A DNA stretch of 64,000 bases from Candidatus Doudnabacteria bacterium (GCA_963768175.1 CAVYGQ010000001.1:840717-904716), one strand, 5' to 3'. Counted from the first letter of the stretch, positions 52,820 through 61,971 are shown. Numbers and translations: made by a program. Notes: generated from the letters alone by a model not told the origin.

Positions 52820-54403
52820 ATGGACTTGTTTGTTCCAAAATTTATCCAATACCAATTATACCTGCTCCAGCTGGAAAATTATGAGCTGGGAAGGTATTGG
52901 AAATTGCTTATAAAAAAGGGAGTTTTCCCTAAAAAAAGCCAACCTTTGCGCAAAGAGCTGGTCTGGACCGCTAAAGCTCGGGCGTTAATGCTTATGGCTG
53001 TGGCCCTGCATGGTTTGGTGGTCGTTTTGGTTGGGCTTATGGTTTTAACTTTAAAGCCGGGCATAGATAACTTTTTTACCACAATAATTTTGGCGGTATT
53101 AATTTTGTTGCCGTTTTATTTTGTTTTTTTCAGTCTGGCTTTGTTAATCCTTAAGCCTTTGGACACTCTGGTAAAACAAAGCCTTGTGGCTAAAGCCAAA
53201 ACCAAGCTGGCTGGATTGCCTGATGTCAAGATAATCGGCGTTGCCGGCAGTTACGGCAAAACTACAATGAAGGAAGTGTTGAGGGCAGTGCTAAGTGCTA
53301 AGTTCAAAGTGCTAAGTACGCCGGAGAGCATAAACACGCCGGTGGGGATTGCCAGATGGATTATAAATAAAATAACGGACGAAACCCAAATTCTGATTGT
53401 AGAAATGGGGGAGCATTATGAGAAAGACGTTAAAGAAATTTGCGATATAGCAAAACCCGACATCGCGGTGGTTACCGGCATTAACGAATCCCACTTGGAG
53501 CGGATGAAAAAAATGGATACGGTTATTGCCACAATTTTTGAAATCGTGAGTAACGCCCAGCCCGGCGCGGCTATTGTGCTAAACGGCGATGATCGCAGGG
53601 TTATGGAGAATTATAAAAAATTTGTCTGGCCAGACCATCGGCTGGAATTTTTTACAAAAAATCCCGGCAGTGAAAAGTGTAAAGTGAAAAGTGCAAAGTT
53701 TAACACAGACAAGCTGTGTTGGAATTTAGAGATTGATGATCTTGGCTCGGTAGAACTGGATTTACTTGGGGAATACGCGTTGGGCGACGTTGACGCGGCC
53801 GTGAAAATTGCCAAAAGTTTGGGTATGAGCAATGAGCAAATTATCGCGGGGATCAAAAATATCAAGCCCGTGGAGCACAGGCTCCAGCCGATAAAGTCTG
53901 CCACGAATGTTTTGGTAATAGACGACAGTTACAACGGCAATTCCGACGGAGTAGTGGAAGCCATAAAAGTTTTGTCGCGCTTTTCCGCCAAAGGCGGATC
54001 CGCCTCCGGCGGAGAAGGCCGCCGGAAGATTTATATCACTCCCGGGCTGGTGGAAATAGGCAAAAGTTCCGCCGATATTCATCGCAGTATTGGCAAACAG
54101 CTGGCGGACGTTGCGGATGTGGTTATTTTGATAAAAAATAGCGCGACGGGGTTTATTGAAGAGGGAATCCTCTTAGGGCGTCATTCTGACCCTGAGCGGA
54201 GCGAAGGGGAAGAATCTCAAACTAAGGATAAAGAGATCCTTCGTCCCTCGGATGCACTCGGGGCTCAGGATGACGCCGCTGGTAAGAGACCAAGAATTAT
54301 CTGGTTTAATTCCGCCTTGGAAGCGTACGCGGGGCTAAAAGACATTTTAAAACCCGGGGATGTAATTTTGTTTCAGAACGATTGGGGAGACCAGTATTTG
54401 TAA
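52820..54403 (+). CDS. murF: UDP-N-acetylmuramoyl-tripeptide--D-alanyl-D-alanine ligase with an N-terminal TM extension and two in-frame repeat insertions
   Basis: Mur ligase ATP-binding motif GVAGSYGKTTMKE. Two in-frame inserts are present: the KGGSASGG cassette at 53990 and a palindromic element of about 100 nt at 54177-54277. Confidence 0.85.
   Translation: MDLFVPKFIQYQLYLLQLENYELGRYWKLLIKKGVFPKKSQPLRKELVWTAKARALMLMAVALHGLVVVLVGLMVLTLKPGIDNFFTTIILAVLILLPFYFVFFSLALLILKPLDTLVKQSLVAKAKTKLAGLPDVKIIGVAGSYGKTTMKEVLRAVLSAKFKVLSTPESINTPVGIARWIINKITDETQILIVEMGEHYEKDVKEICDIAKPDIAVVTGINESHLERMKKMDTVIATIFEIVSNAQPGAAIVLNGDDRRVMENYKKFVWPDHRLEFFTKNPGSEKCKVKSAKFNTDKLCWNLEIDDLGSVELDLLGEYALGDVDAAVKIAKSLGMSNEQIIAGIKNIKPVEHRLQPIKSATNVLVIDDSYNGNSDGVVEAIKVLSRFSAKGGSASGGEGRRKIYITPGLVEIGKSSADIHRSIGKQLADVADVVILIKNSATGFIEEGILLGRHSDPERSEGEESQTKDKEILRPSDALGAQDDAAGKRPRIIWFNSALEAYAGLKDILKPGDVILFQNDWGDQYL
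53990..54013. repeat. 24-nt palindromic cassette AAAGGCGGATCCGCCTCCGGCGGA in frame in murF
   Basis: Identical to the copies in hss and murA. Confidence 0.85.
54177..54277. repeat. Palindromic element GGCGTCATTCTGA...CTCAGGATGACGCC (copy C), inserted in frame near the murF C-terminus
   Basis: It encodes GRHSDPERSEGEESQTKDKEILRPSDALGAQDDAA and keeps the reading frame. Confidence 0.85.
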
Positions 54404-54440
54404 TGACAAAAATTAAAAAAATGACATAATTGACAAAAAT
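54402..54440. repeat. AT-rich TGACAAAAAT repeat (copy 4, short) between murF and alr
   Basis: taatgacaaaaattaaaaaaatgacataattgacaaaaatt. Confidence 0.7.
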
Positions 54441-54442
54441 TC

Positions 54443-55588
54443 ATGGGGACAATCGGAAAAATTTTTAATAAGATAGTATCACCAAAAATTAACTATCAAC
54501 CGCTTATAGAAGTGAGGATTTTTAAAGATGCCTTGCTGCATAATTTACACGTTTTCCAAGAAAAATATCCGAGCCTTGAGTTTGCCCCAGTGATAAAAAG
54601 CAACGCTTACGGACACGGTATGGTACAGGTGGCAAAAATTTTTGACAGCAAACCCAAAGCTTTTTTTATGGTGGACTCATTTTATGAGGCTTTGGTGTTA
54701 AGGCGCGCCGGAATTAAATCTAAAATTTTAATGCTGGGTTTTAACCGGATTGAGCAATTGATTAACCCCAAATTAAAAAATTGTTCCTCGGCGATTATTG
54801 ATTTCTCCACTTTGCAGGAAGTGGTGGCAAAATTAAAAAAGCCGGCGATCTTTCATCTCAAGATTGATACGGGTATGCACCGGCAGGGACTGTGGGGGGA
54901 AGAAGTAAATAAGGCAATTGCGTTAATCAAGTCTAACCCAAACTTTAATTTGGAGGGCTTATGCAGCCATTTGGCGGATGCCGACGGGGCTGGGCAGGAT
55001 TTTACCAAACAGCAGATTAGACTGTGGAATCAAGTCGTGGAAAAATTCAAACAAAACTTTCCCTCCATTAAATATTTCCATTTAGCCAATACCGCCGGGA
55101 CTTTTTATACCAACGAAATTACGGCCAACGTGGCGCGCATCGGCATCGGGCTGTATGGGTTAAATAATTCACAGTTTGAAAAGTTGGACTTAAAACCGGC
55201 TTTGGAAATGGCCTCTATTGTCACTTCCGTAAAAACTATTCCGGCTGGGGAGAAAATCGGTTACAATATAACTTATGAGGCGCCGAAAGAAACAAAAATC
55301 GCCACCGTACCGGCGGGATTCAACGAAGGCGTGGACCGCAGGCTTTCAAATAAAGGATTTTACCAAATTAAGGGGCAAAACTGTCCTTTGCGGGGCAAGG
55401 TGAGCATGAACATAAGCAGCGTGGAAGTAACCAGTGTCCCTGGAGTTAAAGTGGGGGATGAGGTGGTAATTATAAGCCGAAATCCGAGCGATAAAAATTC
55501 GGTGGAAAATATTGCCAAAATGTGCGACACGGTACATTACGAAATTCTGGTTCATATACCTTCTATATTAAGAAGAATAATAGTGTAG
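54443..55588 (+). CDS. alr: Alanine racemase
   Basis: PLP-lysine motif VIKSNAYGHG, 381 aa. Confidence 0.88.
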   Translation: MGTIGKIFNKIVSPKINYQPLIEVRIFKDALLHNLHVFQEKYPSLEFAPVIKSNAYGHGMVQVAKIFDSKPKAFFMVDSFYEALVLRRAGIKSKILMLGFNRIEQLINPKLKNCSSAIIDFSTLQEVVAKLKKPAIFHLKIDTGMHRQGLWGEEVNKAIALIKSNPNFNLEGLCSHLADADGAGQDFTKQQIRLWNQVVEKFKQNFPSIKYFHLANTAGTFYTNEITANVARIGIGLYGLNNSQFEKLDLKPALEMASIVTSVKTIPAGEKIGYNITYEAPKETKIATVPAGFNEGVDRRLSNKGFYQIKGQNCPLRGKVSMNISSVEVTSVPGVKVGDEVVIISRNPSDKNSVENIAKMCDTVHYEILVHIPSILRRIIV

Positions 55589-55637
55589 CGCGCCGATTTA
55601 TCGGCATCCTAAGATAGCCCATAAATGGGCACGCTAC
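55585..55637. repeat. Compound palindromic intergenic repeat (copy 2 of 2)
   Basis: GTAGCGCGCCGATTTATCGGCA...AGCCCATAAATGGGCACGCTAC. Confidence 0.8.
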
Positions 55638-55653
55638 AGATGGAAAAAATTTT

Positions 55654-56853
55654 ATGAAAAAAAACATTGGCGTATTTTTTGGCTCGGGCTCTACAGAACA
55701 CGATATTTCGATAATTACGGCCCAGCTGATTATTGCCGGGCTAAAAGGTTTGGAATACCCGGTAACCCCCGTCTATATTACCAAGCAGGGCAAATGGATG
55801 CTCGGGGAAGAGCTGGGGAACTTGAAATTTTTTATTGACCCGAGTAAAAAAGTTGAAGACGAAAAAAAATATTACGAATATTATTTGGATATGCAAGAGT
55901 TGGTGGGGAAGATGGTGTTTAAGCGTAAGGGATTTTTGGGCAAATCTATTGTCATCGATGTGGCTTTTCCGGCCTTACACGGCGCTTTCGGCGAAGACGG
56001 AACCATTCAGGGGGTGTTCGAGATGCTCGGTGTGCCTTACGTGGGCTGCGGCGTGCCGGCCTCGGCCATTGCCATGGACAAGGCTCTGACCAAGATAATT
56101 ATGAAGGACGCGGGCGTGCCGACCACTAAATTTGCTTTTTTCTATAAACAGGATTGGGAAAATAGCAAGCCGCAAATTATAAATCAAATTAATCAGCTCA
56201 AGTGGCCGGTGTTTGTAAAACCGGTACATTTGGGCTCTTCCATCGGCATCGGCAAAGTAAAGGCGGGGGATATTAAAGATTTGGAAAATAAGATTGAAGT
56301 TGCGCTACATTATGACGAAAAAGTTTTGGTGGAAGAAAGCGTGGAAAATTTAATGGATGTGACATGCTGTATAATCGGCAACAACCAGCTGCGCGCCTCG
56401 TTGCTTCAGGAGTCGGTGTTTAGCAGCGAACTGTTTGATTTTGAAAACAAGTATATTTCCGGCGGCGGCAGCCAGACCGGCAAAGCCGTCAATAATTTGA
56501 TTATTCCCGCCAGACTGGACGAGGCCACCACCAAAGCAATTCAGGATTGCGCCATAAAAGTTTATAAAGCTTTGGGCTGTTTTGGCATCGCCAGGGTGGA
56601 TTTTTTATACAACAAGCAAACCAAAGAATTTTTTGCCAATGAAGTTAATCCTTTACCGGGTACGCTTTATCACCATTTGTGGAAAGCCAGCGGTTTGGAA
56701 TTAGGCCAACTTTTGCAGCAGCTGATAAAATTTGCGGAAGAAAAATACGAACAAAAACGCGAAATTACTTTTACCTTTGAATCTAGCGTGTTAAAACAGT
56801 TAAGTAGCGTTAAGTTAAAATCAAAAAAGTTAGATAGTGGTGTTTCATCATAA
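55654..56853 (+). CDS. ddl: D-alanine--D-alanine ligase (canonical copy, with a C-terminal extension)
   Basis: N-terminal Dala_Dala_lig_N (IGVFFGSGSTEHDISIITA) plus an ATP-grasp C-terminal domain. Confidence 0.88.
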   Translation: MKKNIGVFFGSGSTEHDISIITAQLIIAGLKGLEYPVTPVYITKQGKWMLGEELGNLKFFIDPSKKVEDEKKYYEYYLDMQELVGKMVFKRKGFLGKSIVIDVAFPALHGAFGEDGTIQGVFEMLGVPYVGCGVPASAIAMDKALTKIIMKDAGVPTTKFAFFYKQDWENSKPQIINQINQLKWPVFVKPVHLGSSIGIGKVKAGDIKDLENKIEVALHYDEKVLVEESVENLMDVTCCIIGNNQLRASLLQESVFSSELFDFENKYISGGGSQTGKAVNNLIIPARLDEATTKAIQDCAIKVYKALGCFGIARVDFLYNKQTKEFFANEVNPLPGTLYHHLWKASGLELGQLLQQLIKFAEEKYEQKREITFTFESSVLKQLSSVKLKSKKLDSGVSS

Positions 56854-57010
56854 TAATGACGATTTTATGAGGAAATATGATTTGCCCCGCCAGACAAGGG
56901 TATTTTGTCTTGTTTCATTTAAGCTAGTTGGCAATAAACTTAGTAATAAGCCGGTAATTTTGTCTGACGGGGTGAAACCCTCCCACTACGTGGTGGGTTT
57001 GATATAAAAC

Positions 57011-57739
57011 ATGACTTTTAGATACGAAAACCAAAAGTACAAACAAGGCTATAGCCATGTTATCGGCTGTGATGAAGTGGGTAAGGGCAGTTTGGCCGGG
57101 CCGGTGGTCGCGGTGGCAATAATATTGGATTTAAGATGTAAGATTAAAGATTTAAGCGAAGTCAGGGATAGTAAAATGTTGTCTCAAGAACAGAGGGAAA
57201 AACTTCAACCATTGATAAAGCAACATTGCCTGGCTTGGGGGATAGGCGTAGTCGATGAAAAAACTATAGACAAAATAAATATTCACCGCGCAACCTTGGC
57301 CGCGATGAAACTGGCTGTGGGAAATTTGTTGGCCTCTTTCTCCGGCGTCATTCTGAGGCCAAAGTGCTACTCCGAGGCTGAAGAATCTCAAACCGGGAAG
57401 AGATCCTTCGCCCGCACTGATAACTCCAGGGAACGGGCCCAGGATGACGCCGCTAAAGGAGTTTTGGTAGCCATAGACGGCAAGTTTATTATCCCCGATT
57501 TGAATTTGGAACAGGAAGCCGTAGTAGGAGGCGACAATAAAATTCTTTCCGTTGCTGCTGCCTCCATTGTTGCCAAAGTTTACCGCGATGATTTGATGCG
57601 CAAGCTTCATCGTCAATATCCGGTTTACAATTTTGCCCGGCACAAAGGCTACGGCACTTTGTTTCATCGAACAATGATTAAACAAAATGGTCTGTCGCCA
57701 ATACATCGCAGAAGTTTTTGCAAAAACCTATCAATTTAA
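57011..57739 (+). CDS. rnhB: Ribonuclease HII with an in-frame palindromic element insertion
   Basis: DEVGKGSLAGPVVAVA (DEVGRG motif). It is 242 aa against about 200 typical. The insert at 57344-57452 encodes VILRPKCYSEAEESQTGKRSFARTDNSRERAQDDAA. Confidence 0.85.
   Translation: MTFRYENQKYKQGYSHVIGCDEVGKGSLAGPVVAVAIILDLRCKIKDLSEVRDSKMLSQEQREKLQPLIKQHCLAWGIGVVDEKTIDKINIHRATLAAMKLAVGNLLASFSGVILRPKCYSEAEESQTGKRSFARTDNSRERAQDDAAKGVLVAIDGKFIIPDLNLEQEAVVGGDNKILSVAAASIVAKVYRDDLMRKLHRQYPVYNFARHKGYGTLFHRTMIKQNGLSPIHRRSFCKNLSI
57344..57452. repeat. Palindromic element GGCGTCATTCTGA...CCCAGGATGACGCC (copy D), in frame in rnhB
   Basis: Terminal inverted repeats shared with copies A, B and C. Confidence 0.85.
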
Positions 57740-57742
57740 TCC

Positions 57743-57781
57743 ACAAGGGGCATCCTTGTGCTGCACAAGGATGCCCCTTGT
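57743..57781. terminator. Inverted repeat CACAAGGGGCATCCTTGTG / CACAAGGATGCCCCTTGTA 3' of rnhB (related to 11324-11375)
   Basis: Seen directly. Confidence 0.7.
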
Positions 57782-57844
57782 ATTGATTGGAAGCCGCTGA
57801 CAAACAGCGGTTTTTGTTTTATAATAAGCTAAGTAGCCACTTAT

Positions 57845-57936
<92 letters not shown>

Positions 57937-57963
57937 AATTAGAAAAATTAGATTAAAATTTTT

Positions 57964-59286
57964 ATGAAAAAATATTACGGTGAGCAAACGCAAAAAGCCA
58001 TCAGAAATTTTCCTTTCCACGTTTACCGCGTGCACAGCGAATTTATTATGGCTCTGGCCATGATAAAGCGCTCTGCCGCTATTGCCAATTGCGAAGCGGG
58101 TAATTTTAGCCAGAGCATTAAAGGCGCGATTGTAAAAGCTTGTGATGAAATTTTAGCCGGCAAAATGCTCGACCAGTTCCCGTTAAGGGCCCTGCAGGGC
58201 GGAGCAGGCACTTCCATTAATATGAACGTGAATGAGGTAGTAGCTGCCCGGGCCACGGAAATATTGGAAAAGCAGGGCAAGAAAATCGTGGTTCATCCGA
58301 ACGATCATGTAAATTGCAGTATGTCTACAAATGACGCTAACCCCTCGGCCATTAAAATCGCCTCCATTTTTTTAGCCCGTGACTTGCAAAAGACCACGGC
58401 AATTTTGGCTAACGCCTTGGAAGCCAAAGCCAGGGCGTATAAAAACATTATTAAGCTTGGGCGCACTCATTTGCAGGACGCAGTGCCAACAACTCTGGGC
58501 GCGGTCTTTGCTTCTTATGCTGGCATTGTCCGTTGGCATCAGGAAAAAATAAACCGGGTTATCTCCTATATGCAGGAGCTAAATTTAGGAGGCACGGTTT
58601 TGGGTAATAGCATTAATGCCAGTCCAAAATATATTAAAGTAGTATATCGTGAGCTAAATAAACTTACTAAACAGAATTTTCACCCGGCAAAAAATTTAAT
58701 GTCCCAGACTTCCAGCCAGACCGACTTTTTGGCCATTTCTCAGGCAGTTACGGCCCTGTGCGTGGATTTATCCAAAATAGCCAATGATTTAAGGCTACTC
58801 TCCAGTGGGCCGCGCGGCGGCATCGGCGAAATTACCTTGTTGGAACTGCAAAAAGGCTCTTCTATTATGCCCGGAAAAGTGAACCCGGTATTGCCGGAAA
58901 CCGTAAACCAACTTTATTTTTTAATTTCTGGTAACAATTTAACCATTGAACATGCCGCCGCCGCCGCGCAATTTGAACTGGGCGTGATGTTTCCGATTAT
59001 CGCCGACCGCTTGCTTCAAAGCTTAAAATTGACTTCAGAAGTGATTGAACAGTTTGTGAAGGTATGCATTAATAAGATTAAAGCCAATCCTAAGCGTTGC
59101 AAGGAGCTTTTAGAAAAATCCACGGCTTACGCCACGCTATTTAGCCCCAAACTTGGTTACGACGCCACGGCAGAGCTTGTCAAAGAATCGGTTAAAAGCG
59201 GCAAAACTATCCGCGAACTGGTTTTGGGGAAAAAGCTAATGGCTAACAAAGAGTTTGAGGCGGTGGTGAAATCTTTTAGACCGTAA
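57964..59286 (+). CDS. Aspartate ammonia-lyase / class II fumarase family enzyme
   Basis: GSSIMPGKVNP signature, 440 aa. Confidence 0.75.
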   Translation: MKKYYGEQTQKAIRNFPFHVYRVHSEFIMALAMIKRSAAIANCEAGNFSQSIKGAIVKACDEILAGKMLDQFPLRALQGGAGTSINMNVNEVVAARATEILEKQGKKIVVHPNDHVNCSMSTNDANPSAIKIASIFLARDLQKTTAILANALEAKARAYKNIIKLGRTHLQDAVPTTLGAVFASYAGIVRWHQEKINRVISYMQELNLGGTVLGNSINASPKYIKVVYRELNKLTKQNFHPAKNLMSQTSSQTDFLAISQAVTALCVDLSKIANDLRLLSSGPRGGIGEITLLELQKGSSIMPGKVNPVLPETVNQLYFLISGNNLTIEHAAAAAQFELGVMFPIIADRLLQSLKLTSEVIEQFVKVCINKIKANPKRCKELLEKSTAYATLFSPKLGYDATAELVKESVKSGKTIRELVLGKKLMANKEFEAVVKSFRP

Positions 59287-59399
59287 TTTCAGGCCCCTCC
59301 CCTTAGAATAAGGGGAGGCAGGGAGGGGATATTATTCGAGGATAAATATCATCCTCTAACCCCCTCTTATGAATAAGAGGGGGTAACTCGTATCTATTT

Positions 59400-60044
59400 A
59401 TGTACATAGACCTCTCCCACATTTTTAATAACAACATGCCAGTTTACCCCGGCGATCCAGAGCCGGAGCTGGTTAAAATTGCCTCTGTGGGAAAAGACGG
59501 TTTTGCAAACCACCAGCTTAAAACCACCATGCATGTGGGCACGCATATGGATGCGCCGGCGCATATGATTCAAGATGGAAAATATTTGTCCGATTATCCG
59601 GCGGGGAAATTTTTTGGTCGTGGTGTTATAATCGACGCCCGTGGAAAGCCGTTGGCCGATGCCAATTTGTTGGCAAGTCACGAAATCCAGGCCGGCGATA
59701 TAGTAATAGTTAATTTTGGATGGGCACAAAATTTTGGCAGGGATGAATATTATAAAAAATATCCCGAACTGACCGAAGCTTTTGCAAAAAAATTAATTGA
59801 TCTTGGCGTTTCCATCGTGGGCACGGATACCCCAAGTCCGGATCGCCCGCCTTACAATGCCCATAAAATTTTACTTTCACATGATATCTTAATTATCGAA
59901 AACCTTACAAACCTGGAAGCCCTTATCGGCAAAACAAACTTTGAAATTATTGCTCTCCCAGCTAAATTTGCAGCCGAGGCCGCGCCTTGCAGAGTTGTGG
60001 TAAAGCTACTTGCTAAAACCGCGGCCGCGGTTTTAGCAAGTTAA
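59400..60044 (+). CDS. Cyclase-family protein (kynurenine formamidase-like)
   Basis: HVGTHMDAPAH motif. The C-terminal 12 aa are encoded by a palindromic repeat. Confidence 0.7.
   Translation: MYIDLSHIFNNNMPVYPGDPEPELVKIASVGKDGFANHQLKTTMHVGTHMDAPAHMIQDGKYLSDYPAGKFFGRGVIIDARGKPLADANLLASHEIQAGDIVIVNFGWAQNFGRDEYYKKYPELTEAFAKKLIDLGVSIVGTDTPSPDRPPYNAHKILLSHDILIIENLTNLEALIGKTNFEIIALPAKFAAEAAPCRVVVKLLAKTAAAVLAS
60009..60040. repeat. Perfect palindrome CTTGCTAAAACCGCGGCCGCGGTTTTAGCAAG overlapping the cyclase gene 3' end
   Basis: A family member of the palindrome at 40963-40994. Confidence 0.7.
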
Positions 60045-60072
60045 TCTAATCTTTGCAACTTTTTAATTCCAA

Positions 60073-61164
60073 ATGAATAAGAAGATCCTCATTTTTTATA
60101 CTTCTGTAGGTCTGGGGCATAAAAGCATTGCCGAGAATATCGGTTTTTATTTGGAACAGGCCGGTTACGAGGTTAAACTCACCGATATTGGCAAAGTGCA
60201 AAAGGGGAAGTTTGAACATATTGTGGTCGGTGTCCACCAATTTATCAACCGCAATCTCCCATTTGTCTGGGGCTGGCTATATCGGTGGGGGTATTATCCG
60301 ACTTTGCCATTTCGAACCTTTATTGCCGGGTTTAATTATAAATCGGCCAAAAATTATATAGATGAGTTTAAGCCCGATCTGATTATTAGCACTCAAACCA
60401 CCGCCTCGGCCGTGGTTGCTTACTTAAAAAAGCAAAAATTATACAATGGCAAGTTTGGCATAGCGTTTTCGGATTTCCATTTGCACAAGTATTGGCTATA
60501 CCATCAAGCCGATTTTTATTTGGCCAACACCGAGGAGCAAAAAAAGCAAATGGTAGAGCTTGGCACATCAGAAAATATAATTTATGTCTGCGGCATTACC
60601 CTAAAACCGCAAATAAAGATTGCTCTATTATCAGTAAAACAAAAACTTGGCATCCAGCCTACAGAAAAGGTGGTTTTGGTCGGCACCGGATCTTTGGGCT
60701 TGGGTTTTAAGGAAAAAGATTTGGAAGAACTGTCAAAATTGCAGAGCACAAAAATAATTTTTGTCTGTGGGAAGAACGCGGAGCTTTATCAAAAAATTAA
60801 AAAATTAAATTATCCAAATATTTTACCCTTAGGTTTTTATCAGCCCATGGACGAGCTTTACGCCATTGCCGATATTTTTGTGGGCAAGCCCGGGGGCTTG
60901 AGCACGGCGGAATCTTTAAGGTGGGATTTGCCTTTGGCGGTTTGTTACACTTTGCCCGGACAGGAAGAAGAAAACCTTAAATATTTAAATAAACGCAAGT
61001 TGGTTATTGCAAAACCAAAGCATCTTATTTCGGCGGTCAGCGGGGAACTTGAGACCGGAGAGTTTAGAGAATCGTTAAAACACAATCCCGAGAAACTTAA
61101 AATGTTTCAGGAAGGCGAGGCGCCGGTTTTGGCTGTAAAAACAGTTTTAGAGGGTTCTATTTGA
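60073..61164 (+). CDS. Diacylglycerol glycosyltransferase (MGDG synthase/UgtP-like, GT28)
   Basis: ILIFYTSVGLGHKSIAENI N-terminal MGDG_synth signature. Confidence 0.65.
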   Translation: MNKKILIFYTSVGLGHKSIAENIGFYLEQAGYEVKLTDIGKVQKGKFEHIVVGVHQFINRNLPFVWGWLYRWGYYPTLPFRTFIAGFNYKSAKNYIDEFKPDLIISTQTTASAVVAYLKKQKLYNGKFGIAFSDFHLHKYWLYHQADFYLANTEEQKKQMVELGTSENIIYVCGITLKPQIKIALLSVKQKLGIQPTEKVVLVGTGSLGLGFKEKDLEELSKLQSTKIIFVCGKNAELYQKIKKLNYPNILPLGFYQPMDELYAIADIFVGKPGGLSTAESLRWDLPLAVCYTLPGQEEENLKYLNKRKLVIAKPKHLISAVSGELETGEFRESLKHNPEKLKMFQEGEAPVLAVKTVLEGSI

Positions 61165-61303
61165 AGAGTGTTGCACGGGGGTTTGGCATACATCTTAAAG
61201 TTTGATTGGCCGGGTTTGACGTAATTTTAGTGATAGTTTATTATGAAGGTAATCAGAGGGAAAAGTTTGACAAGATTTTGAAAATTATATTAAGCAAAAA
61301 TTT

Positions 61304-61900
61304 ATGGCAAAGAAAGAAAAAACATCGTTTTTTGGCAAGATAATGGGGGGAAACGTTACAGAGGACACGGTTGTGACGCAGCCTGTTTCACAAACGCAGG
61401 AAGAAGATCTGGCTGAAGAACTCGCGCCGGATGATGACAATATAGTGGAGGAACGGGAAATGGTCATAGAGGAAGACTTGGTAGAGCCAGCTGTGCCGGC
61501 AGAGAAGGCCGCGGGGCAACAGGAGGCAGGTCAAGCCAAAGAAGGCAACGAGGAATGGCTTAACGACTTTGAGGGCCAGCTGAACATAGATATGTATCAG
61601 ACCAAGGACAATGTTATTATTAAGTCCACCATTGCCGGAGTCCGCCCCGAAGACATAGATATTACCGTGGCTAACGATATGGTAACCATAAGGGGCGCGC
61701 GCAAAAAAGACGAGAATATCCCGCAGGACGATTATTTTTACCAGGAATGCTACTGGGGCAATTTTTCCCGCTCGGTCATTATTCCCGTGGACATTGAAAG
61801 CGAAAGCATTGAAGCCGACCTAAAAGATGGTATTCTGACAGTGATTATACCAAAGGCGGCTAAGGCGAAGACAAAGAAAGTAAAAGTAAAAGGTTTATAG
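61304..61900 (+). CDS. Hsp20/alpha-crystallin family small heat shock protein
   Basis: ACD with GILTVIIPK. The N-terminus is acidic. Confidence 0.75.
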   Translation: MAKKEKTSFFGKIMGGNVTEDTVVTQPVSQTQEEDLAEELAPDDDNIVEEREMVIEEDLVEPAVPAEKAAGQQEAGQAKEGNEEWLNDFEGQLNIDMYQTKDNVIIKSTIAGVRPEDIDITVANDMVTIRGARKKDENIPQDDYFYQECYWGNFSRSVIIPVDIESESIEADLKDGILTVIIPKAAKAKTKKVKVKGL

Positions 61901-61936
61901 TGCTTAGTGCTTAGTGCTTAGTGCTTAGTGCTTAGA
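61898..61936. repeat. Tandem heptamer (GTGCTTA)x5 immediately after the hsp20 stop
   Basis: tagtgcttagtgcttagtgcttagtgcttagtgcttag. It carries TAG stops in all three frames. Confidence 0.85.
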
Positions 61937-61947
61937 GAGTAGTGAAT

Positions 61948-61971
61948 CCGCCTTCGCTAAAGCTACGGCGG
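61948..61971. repeat. REP-like hairpin CCGCC-TTCGCTAAAGCTAC-GGCGG (loop motif in reverse orientation)
   Basis: The loop is the reverse complement of CGTAGCYTTRGCGAA. Confidence 0.65.

Noticed and set aside
53291-53325. GTGCTAAGT repeats inside murF as an insertion of the heptamer repeat.
   Set aside because: It is only three imperfect copies, the encoded sequence (AVLSAKFKVLST) fits MurF, and I see no clear length excess at that position. It is probably coincidental.
15693-54440. Whether the AT-rich TGACAAAAAT repeats could be a CRISPR array.
   Set aside because: The copies are dispersed 4-25 kb apart. They are not regularly spaced with unique spacers, and no cas genes are present.
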